A DNA stretch of 64,000 bases from Amoebidium appalachense (lineage: Eukaryota; Protista; Ichthyosporea): positions 4,294,259 to 4,358,258 of the forward strand of contig CAVNZM010000002.1 in NCBI GenBank assembly GCA_963693365.1. The letters run 5' to 3'. Positions 1 to 64,000 of the stretch are shown one piece after another; within the stretch, counting starts at the first letter, position 1; every line of letters starts with the position of its first letter. A program made the translations under genes and the position numbers. The notes beneath the pieces were generated by a model. The model made no database searches, was not told the origin of the DNA, and saw only the letters and a list, made by a program, of their open reading frames with translations.

Positions 1-298
1 ATGTGGTGATCGACCAGGGGGAAGGGAGGAGGGAGGAGCACTGAAACGACAGCTAACCAGAACTTCTCATAACAAAAAGAATCAGAAATTATCATAAAAA
101 TGAAAATCATCGTATGGTTTCTGGAAAGGGCCGGAGGGGAGCACTTGAACAGAGCGCACCACGACTCGGAGGGGAAACCAGGTAGACTGAACGAATTCGT
201 AAAGGAAGAAGGAAAACGTTGTGTTTCAAAAGGTCGAAGAGTTGCAGGGAGTACTAGTGGGAAGAGGTAGAGTTTTCTTGCTTTTCTTCCTTCACGGT

Positions 299-329
<31 letters not shown>

Positions 330-1488
330 AAAACTATACAATCACTCAAAGCGCAGCTCGGTGAGAGCCTGTGGCACAGCAACCCGTGCCAAAGGAACTC
401 TACCAACAGTGCCAACCAATCACCGAACAAACCTGTCGAAAAAAGTTCTCTTTGATAGGCACGCTGCCCACACACGAGCGGCCAATGATACGAGCAGTTG
501 GTAAAGCAAGTCACGACTTCCCAGGCAGTTGGAGATTAATGTGGAGCGGCTGTGTACTACTGCTTTTGCACACACAGAAAGGGAGGTTGTACAAGTGTGC
601 GAAATGCCACACACACATGCCCGCATAAATCCATCAACATGCTGTGGCATTACTGCGACAGCCGTAGAGTAGGGGTGGTATTTGGCTATTTTCTGTATTT
701 AGCTCAGAGTTGCTTGTGTCGGCGAGGATATTGATGGCATAGCAAAAGCCTAGCAGTATAACACAGTTTTCACTACAGGGTAATGAAGTAGTAGAAATAA
801 AACTCCAAAAACGAAATTCTTAAACAAAACTAACGTTACTTAGGTCAGCTGTCAGTGAGAAACCGCCTTGGTGTTCTGCTGGTTTGTTTCCTTCGTCTGT
901 TTCTAGAAGTGTCGACCACATGATCTTTTTGCTTGCTGCAAGCTGTGTTGCTCTGTCTCCAATCGATCACATCATTTACCTAGCAAAGAGACAGGAAGAA
1001 AACAACTACATGGGTATATGCGTAACAGAAACTAGGAAAGCAAAATTAAATAAAAGACAAAAATGTTCAAGGGAGCGCACCAACGCCTCCGTTTGCACGG
1101 AGTGGGTGACATGACTGAGGACAGAGAGAGGAGTACGTGCTCTCCCGAAGAGCCAGCAAGACACGGGCACAAGGCTTGTCTGAAAGAGAAACAAAAAACC
1201 CAGCGCCTCAGGTGAGCCTATGCTGACTGCATGCCATGGCGCTTTATATACCGCCGGGAAATGCCCTTGGAATTTGATTGTGGGACAAATCTTGACAAGA
1301 GTTGCCATATATGGTTAATCCCTCTCTCTCCCAGTGGCACCCCCGGTAGGCTACGGCTTCTTACCCCCCCCCCCCCCCCCTGTTGCAGGCCAAAATGTCG
1401 TCCAGGCCATAAGTGTTGTCATCTCTAATTAAAATCCAGGTCGTCAAATTTGACTGGTCTAGGGTGAATATCGGGCAGGCCAAAATGC

Positions 1489-1521
<33 letters not shown>

Positions 1522-2383
1522 TACTACCCTGGGTGACAGGGGGGTCAGAGGGTTTGTATGACGTGGTGGGGGAAACACAATGTGTGCGCGGCGGGGGGGA
1601 GGGGGGAGGGGGGGGGGGGGGGGGGGGGGGGGGGTATAAACAATTATTGTCGTGGCCTTATATTAGCTTATGACATGTGTTGGGGAAAAAATCTTGTCTA
1701 CTGTTACCAGTTTTTTATCATCTTGGTGCAAATGATGTATTCGAGGGGGACCAGGGGGGGGGGGGGGGGGGGGGGGGGGGGTTGTGGTATAATCACTATA
1801 GTGTCCTGAGCTTGTTGCTTTGTGTGTTGGTCGAAAAGAAATCATGGCCACTGATAGCAGGATTTTACCAACTTGTTGCAAATGGTGTAGTATCATGTGT
1901 TTTGTATGTATTTATCGCCATTGCATTTACCTTACAGAAGCCATATTACTTACACCCGATTATGATATAGTCGTAATCATCTTGTATTCTTAATCATTCT
2001 TACATCACAATGTTAAATTGGGTTTACATAGACTAAGTACCGCTCACATGCATATGGAATAAAACCCCCCCCCGCGGCGGCGGACAGCATATATATTTTG
2101 TATGTTTTAGTTGTCACTACGTTAAAGAACCATACACAGCAGCCAATTCATGTTATATTCGTAAATATCTTCTATGCATAATTTTCAAACTTGATCTTAT
2201 ACTTATACACCTACATGAAATAAATCCAGACAGCATGCAACCAGCACATTCATGGTGTATTTAAATACGAGCAGGCATGTCGGACCTTCATTCCAGTTCA
2301 AACGATAATGGCATGTTGGCAGCAAAAAAAAACAAAAAAGCCCCCCCCCCCTCCCAAAAAAACTCCGATACCCACAAGGTCGT

Positions 2384-3250
2384 CTACACTACATCCATAG
2401 TTGGCTTAGCATACGTCAGTTTGCGGGAGCCCACGCCTACCAGTGGTTCCTGGGCGGGCACATACACCATGAAGTTGAGATGCACATCCTTAATGCGTGC
2501 CCAATTCAAGTACTTAACATATAATGGGCACCAGCCTTCGCACTCGCCACCTTCCCGAGACATTTTGGACAGAGACATTGGTAGGTCCGGTGTTGCTCTC
2601 CCATAGCTCAGTGTCTGGTTTTTCAGTGGTCATTCCGAAACCGTCGCAGTGGAGATGATATGGCCGCCCATTTTTCCACGTGAATGCGGGTGCCACACTG
2701 AAAAAGTGACCTGGTTTGTGAAGACCAATGTAGGCAAGATGGTATTGGCGCCCCATAAAGTTCACGCAATTCATGACATGAACAGGCGGCACGGATTGCA
2801 CTGACATGTGGACGAAGAGAATTCTAGGAAGTATTAAAACGTTGCCCCGCACCGTACCCTTGGAATTGCACGTTGTGCAAACCGAGGTTGGGCTTTGAAA
2901 TTCCCTGACATATTCAGTGCAGTCGCCATCGCAGAAATGGGTACCTGCTATGTTTTCTATGGGATTGACAATGTAAATCTCCTTGTGGTCCATCCTTTCA
3001 CGGCTACGTCGGGTGCGAAGCTCGGCATCGATGGAACACAACACACGCGTAGACACGCCAGTGCATTTAACGCATGTAGCGGTTATGATTGTCACGTGAG
3101 GGGGTACCACGTTGTCTCGGAATAGCGGACGACTAGACTATGGCCCAACCAGTGGGCTGCCAGTTTGCCTGTAGGTATTGGCCAGAGAGTCCAAGCAAAA
3201 TCGCGCTAAACTACCCAAATTCCTGTATCAACTTCCAATCATGGCAAGCT
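2384..3250 (-). pseudogene. decayed intronless USP/C19-like cysteine peptidase domain, possibly transposon- or virus-derived
   Basis: ORF 2514..3110 has two CxxC pairs (CVKC, CTTC), LPRILFVH, a His-box-like YHLAYIGLHKPGHFFS and HCDG. The upstream frame is broken by TAG (3138-3140) and a TGA. A terminal-strand-like HLNFMVYV lies in a shifted frame (2384..2578). Confidence 0.55.
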
Positions 3251-3507
3251 CTCTGAATGCATCAATTCGCTCAGGTTTTAAGAAAATGTGCATACGCATA
3301 AAAGGTTAAAAATCGATGTGAAAATGTACATATTGTTGCAGTACATAAAGCTGTTCAACTAAATAACGAAGACATATACACCCGTATACTTTCCACAGGA
3401 GCTCAATACATGTAGTGCTGATTGGGCCTGTGTGCAAGTATCCATTTCAATCACTGAGTCTAAGTAGGGAATATAACGATATTGACAAGGACATGACCCC
3501 TAGAGTT

Positions 3508-6164
3508 TTAGCAGTTTTCGGACTGGAAAGTCTCCTTAGTTGCTGTCGACAGCCTGGGCTTTTTGCGCTTTCCAATTTGAATTTTCCGTTCAAAAAGCTG
3601 CTCGATCTCCTCAAGTGGCACACCGCTCGTCTCGGGTACAAACAGCAGCACAAAGAAAATGCCTACCACGGCGGTTGCGGCAAACAAAAAGAACAAGTAG
3701 TTGCCCAGCGCATCCACAATGTTCAAGAAGGTTTTTGCCACCACAAACGACATGGCGCGCGCAGTCAGACTGCACACACCCACCGCCACCGAGCGAACAT
3801 TATTCGGGAAAAGCTCCGGTGCAAGCATCATAGCAATACTCGCAGGGGCACCGCCAATCAGCGAATAGACGAGAATAAGCCTCAAGCCCGCCTTGTTCCA
3901 TCCCGGATCTTTGCTTTTGATCGACGCGATCGCAAACAAAGCCGCCAAAACCGCTGTCGCCGCCCACCCGTAAATTAGGATGCCCCTCCGGCCCAGTCTC
4001 TCCACCAGGGCACCGGCAAGAAACATCGAAAACATGCTCACGACACCGATAAAGACTGTTGCAAGCTCCCCGTTTTCGAACCCTAGCTCCTGGAAAAGGA
4101 CACGGCTGTAGTATCCGACAAAGGAGCCGCATGAAAACTGCACCACGACGGGCAGGAAGTTACCGATGATCATGGGCCACAAGAAGCGCTTGGTCGTGAA
4201 GAGGAGCTTGGCGGCGGCCATCATGGATTGTTCATCGCTGGCCATGGATTCCTGCGGAACATTCCGTAAGTATATGGCGGCTGAATAATCCTTTTAGTTT
4301 CGTCATTCTTTTCTTTTTCTGGACATGGATTCCTATGGAATGTTACTGTATGCAAGTATAAGGTGGCTAAATAATACTATTCCATTGTCCATACAACATG
4401 GGGCGTTACACGGTGATATACACCACCCCTGGGCAAGCTGCTTACGATCCCCCCCCCCCCCCCCCCACACACACACACATTCCATCACCACAGGGCCACC
4501 ACCACCACCATTTGCGATAAAGCACACAGCGCCATGCCGACGAGCACCACTAGACGCCATCAGATGCATTTAGACTAGAAAAGGAAATGCAAAGGGGCAC
4601 GGTCGTGAAATATTTAAAAGATATTGGAGAATTCGTAAACGTGCGTCTACCACAAAGAGCATGGTACGACTTACTGCAAACAAATGAAGTAGCAGCCTCC
4701 CCCCCCCCCCCCCCCCCCCCCCCCTTCCCCCAACACCCCCATCCTGAAAGAAAATATGCAAATGAAAAAAAACACAAACACGAATGCATCAAATAAAAGA
4801 GAAGAAGGGTTTGGGAAACTAATAAATATCGCACCACACCCACCTTGATCATCTCCAACTCCTTGCCTATGTCGACCGTGTGGTGTCTCAACTTCCTCAG
4901 TGCCTGCCCGCACTCCTCCTCCCTCGCCTTGCTCAGCAGCCACCGGGGGCTCTCGGGGACAAACCACGACACCACTGCGTGCACTGCCGTTGGGACAATA
5001 GGCAGACCGTATAGGTAATGCCACAGGTCAGGTGTACCCATAACTCCACTCATCCCCAAAGAGAAACCAGCAACCATGGACCCTGTAAGAGAGAGCAGCA
5101 CGAGCATCATCATAAGTCCACGCAGCCCTGCCGGGGAGCATTCCTGAACGAGGATCTGTAGCGCAGGCATGTTGATGCCCATGGCCAGGCCAGCGACCAG
5201 GCGAGCTGTGAAGTCGTCAAGGCGTCAGCACGGAGGACGTGATTTGCATTCCGTCCCTACCCCTCTCACCCACCCACTTGTATTGTATCTTGTACCTGAC
5301 ATCGTGTGCAAGATTTCCCCCTCAGACCCGACAACAAGATAAAAAAGCAGGCACGAACCAAGGCGTGTAAAAGGAGTGTTTAGAAACAGTCGTTGCCGTT
5401 CAAGGATCCAATAGGCAAAGTTTGCCAAAACCCGTGGTGAGCTAGTGCATTGAACGACGCTGCTGTTGTGCATGCTGTGATATGTATGCATACTGCTTAA
5501 CGAGAACAACACAGTTATCATTGATTAGAACTTCGATGCTCCCTTTTTTGCAAAAGTAGAAACGTGCCTTTGAGTGTTCGGCGTTATTAGAACAAAACGA
5601 CGCTTCTGTGCTAGAGCCCACACCAAACGCACACAGAAATAGTGGATACATACCAACACACAAGATGGTGAAGGACTTGCACGTGAAAAAGAAGATAGCC
5701 GACACAAAGTAGAGCGAGTTGTTGAACGTCATCACCCGCTTGGGCCCAAACCGCTTGCTCAGCGGCCCCGTAAACACCGACCCGACCATAGCTCCGATGA
5801 GAAAAATGGACACAAATGAGGACCAGTCATCCTTTGTGATGGGAGCACCTTGCTGGCGAAAATACGTGAACACGCCTATGACACTGTTGTTAATTACACC
5901 CGTGTTGAAGCCATCGGCACACGCCGGAAGGCATGCAACGAGTACTTCTGCAAGCAGCCATGGCGAAAGCTTTTTGTCTACAAGAAGCGCGCTTTTGTGT
6001 TCGGCCTGTGGTTGGTGGGCTGCAGCTGTGTCGTTTCCGTTCGCCTTGCCGAGTGGTGGGAACTCCTTTTCGGAAACATCGCTGTCGAGCGCACAGGTGG
6101 ATCGCCCGTCAACAACCGCACCGTCTAGGCCCTTGGTAGGGTCTTTGGTCATGGTAGAAGCCAT
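3508..6164 (-). CDS. MFS sugar porter (GLUT/SLC2A-like hexose transporter), 3 exons, 538 aa
   Basis: Exons 5654-6164, 4844-5205 and 3508-4251 joined by GT-AG introns in consistent phase (1617 nt). Sugar-porter motifs: GFNTGVIN, SKRFGPKR, RLVAGLAMG, PESPRWL, VERLGRR, PELFP, PETSG, plus multiple hydrophobic helices. Confidence 0.93.
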
Positions 6165-6308
6165 GTTTCCACCTTTTACTAAGGTCTCAACTAATATCTA
6201 TACGTCGGAACGAACGTATGGCGACACACACCCACACAAGCCCTCATGCCAAACGCGGTCTAGGTTGTGACATGCACAGTACTGGGACATCTTTACCATG
6301 CGTGCGAG

Positions 6309-6320
6309 CTATATATAAAA
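6309..6320 (-). promoter_or_regulatory. possible TATA box of the sugar transporter
   Basis: TTTTATATATAG on the minus strand about 150 nt upstream of the ATG at 6164. Confidence 0.35.
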
Positions 6321-8212
6321 GTACAGGGTGTGCAATACCATCTCGTCACGACTGCACGTGTATGTACATATCCGGCGGGCCAGTGTCACACTGGCTGCAT
6401 GGAGTAAAAATATAGTTTGGCGCATAAAAAATACAACATGTAGCAGAACAAATTAAAAAATTTGCGTGAGTGAGAAATCTCCGTGTGCTATAATATCTTT
6501 CAGCTTAAGTCTGGCAGATGCGGTCTCGAGCTCGTGCACGCACGGCCCCCCTCTGGCTGAGCCTCAGTGTACAAAACCCAAGTTCAAACCCTGTCCACGG
6601 CGTGCCCACGGCCCCCCCGCCTTCATTTCAAGCCCTGATCACTTGCCTGCCCTTCGAGGCTTTTGGTTGGTTGGTCCCTCAATCTGGGGTAACCGTCCAG
6701 GCTGGGGTGACCAAGTTGCCTGAAATGATGTCACGTGGGGCATGTATGTGCAAGTGCTTTGGAGCACCAGGAGTTGGCAGTATGAACTCATAATAATAGT
6801 AACTAATTACATGCCTACTGTACTGCGAGTTATCATTGTGGCTTCATTAGGTATTTTTCTTTTATAGGCATGCGTGAATAGGATAGGTTTATAATGAGTT
6901 AGGGCACGGCGCCTAAATAGGCCTAAATAAACGCGTATACATATATGCATGCGCGCGCGCGTGTGTACCAGAGGAAAAGGCCTTTCATACACCATATTTC
7001 TCGAGAAATCGAGAGAAAATCAGTGCCACCGCAGGCCGTAAGGGTCAGCCAAGCTGAAAGTAAGTACTTACCGAAAATCTTTACATGCATATATAGTTGG
7101 TAAGAGAAGAATATTTGCACACCTCGGACCAGATCTAGAATTCGAGAATTTCGAAGGCATGCTTGTGTTACGTAACGCAAGATTAGGCTTTATGACCTAT
7201 AGCCAATTGCCATTCAGGATGATCTATCCGAGTATTCATGAACCATACGGCCATCATTATCGACATGTCTACTTTTCAAAACCTCCGAATTTGTCTAACA
7301 TATCTACATGCAGTTAAAGCCCATAAATTAAAAAACAATATAACTACTGTGGCAATACAAGTAAACGTTGTGTAGCTCAACTTCAAGTGGACACCTTATC
7401 GCGCGATCGGGTCATCCGCACGGCTCCGCAAATTTAGGACCAGCCAAGCAGCCGGGTGAATCCCCGTAAACTCTGAGGGTTCCTACGAAGAGTACGCCGC
7501 TACCATATGAATCGAAAACATATATGATTCCGTATGAAAAAAGCTGCAAAAAGGATGCAGTCAGATGCAGTCTGTGATGATAATTATGTTTGGTGTATGT
7601 ACGATTTTGATAGTGAACTCAGGGCGCAACACAAGTCCACACACAATTAAGCTTTAAAATTTCCGAATTATTCCGGGCTTCATGCATTCATGATCGTGAG
7701 TCGACTGCAGTGCAGGCTTCGGAAAACAGAAAAGGCAAAGGGAAAATTATTTCTTTCTTATATGTAAACCAAAAAAAATGAGTGTCCTGCTTCGCGTTCG
7801 CGTTCAAGTATATATGCGCCGCCCGTTGATCAATTGTTTCACTGCGTTGCAACAATTTCAAGACTATAATTATATTGCCGGAAGTAAATCGGAGGACACT
7901 CCGAACGTGTGCTTTTCTATCCTGTTGGCAGCAGGGTGTGAAATTTTGCCAAGTCTGTGACTGTAGACCAGCTGTCCACAGGGGGGGGTAACGACATGTA
8001 CTATGAATGTCCATGCGCCGCGCGCCCGCCCCGACGAGTGGTCCCCGACACCCAGGCCTCTATCATAGCTGCGCTGATGAGGGATACACGCTCATGTTCT
8101 TGTCAATCGGATGGTCGGGCGGAGGGATAACAACTTGAGGAAGGGGGAGGCATATACGTATGGAGATTGAGGGTTACGGTGAGATCTCGGGGAAGGTGGG
8201 GGAGGGGGAGAA

Positions 8213-8245
<33 letters not shown>

Positions 8246-8762
8246 GGGGGGGGGGGGGGGGGGGGGGTTGGCATGGACAGGGGGTACCGGTGCGGCTGGA
8301 GTGGGGGAGGGGAGGGGGCATGTGAGATACACAATATAAACGATTATGATTGTAATGTGTGATGTGTCACATACACGTACACAAGCTCTTCATTTGCATA
8401 TGCATGCATGTGCACAAACATGACATAACGAACTTCAGGCATCGGACCATGCGCGAGGTTTTTAAATTAACAACAATGCTGAGGCCACCTCTTCGGTCTC
8501 TAATAACAAATTCGTACGATGGGCAGCTACTTAATTGCTATGGTTAGTTGAACTTCGTAGTCTGCGATTTTCTCGTATCACTCTCTCTCTCTCTGTGCAA
8601 CTGAAAATACGGAATTCCGGTGCATCGTGCAATCCTCTCATACTGCCATTCGTACATCATCACGGTGCATGGAAATTCATGCACTAGAATTGTCCTTCAA
8701 AATTCGTGATATTTAACAACCGCATAAAGTACTCCTCTGGTATCCAATAATTTCCAAAGGCC

Positions 8763-8806
8763 TTGATAGCCCGAGGGGAAAAAATGATGTTCCCCTCGGG
8801 GATCAA
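8763..8806. other. strong hairpin downstream of the SZT2 stop codon
   Basis: 11-bp stem CCCGAGGGGAA/TTCCCCTCGGG with a 9-nt loop, extended by TTGAT/ATCAA. Confidence 0.7.
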
Positions 8807-8867
8807 AATTTTAGTGGCCAATGTGGGAGACTGTGTGTGCGCACACATGCGTGTTTGTGCGTTTTAT

Positions 8868-8908
<41 letters not shown>

Positions 8909-9016
8909 TGTGCATGCGTGCATGCTTGGATGTTTGTATGAGTATGTTGTGTTGTGTGTGTGTGGGCTCACAGAAGGGTGATTAGCGTGTCTTTGTGTGC
9001 GTGTCTGTGTGTGTAT

Positions 9017-9129
<113 letters not shown>

Positions 9130-9182
9130 CGTGTGCGTATGTGTGGTCTATCAGCAGCACACGTGCAACACCCACCCTAGCC

Positions 9183-63918
<54,736 letters not shown>

Positions 63919-64000
63919 CTGGGGGGGGACGGAGGGGAGGGAAAGAAAGGGGCGGGGCGGGAGGGAGGGAGGGGGGGGAGGGGGGGGGGGGGGGGGGTTA

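Noticed and set aside
1-2300. Short ORFs at the left end, and a by-eye search for tRNA/rRNA/snoRNA across the window
   Set aside because: No recognisable protein motifs or convincing RNA-gene structures were seen; an Infernal/tRNAscan run would be needed to exclude them
3415-6270. Plus-strand ORFs of 187 aa (3415..3978) and 183 aa (5719..6270)
   Set aside because: Antisense shadows of the sugar transporter exons

Overview
Eukaryotic, intron-rich DNA, plausibly a unicellular holozoan/protist (inference only). Most of the supplied ORFs are artefacts of poly-G/poly-C and (CA)n tracts. Three coding units, all on the minus strand. (1) A giant SZT2 (KICSTOR subunit) ortholog running from beyond the right edge of the window to a stop at 9183. 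I traced 78 phase-consistent exons by hand (about 10.7 kb CDS, about 3,575 aa, N-terminus outside the window). (2) A 3-exon GLUT/sugar-porter MFS transporter at 3508-6164 (538 aa). (3) An intronless, decayed USP/C19-like peptidase relic at about 2384-3250. The most unusual signal is the splicing architecture of SZT2: many weak or non-canonical donors (up to four GC-AG introns) are followed almost immediately by a poly-C tract on the pre-mRNA, acceptors are preceded by (CA)n, poly-C or poly-A instead of U-rich tracts, and some splice junctions are tandemly duplicated. Also present: a 620-bp TIR element, a poly-G-flanked dispersed repeat family, and many minisatellites. Similarities to human proteins are recalled from memory and need confirmation by alignment.
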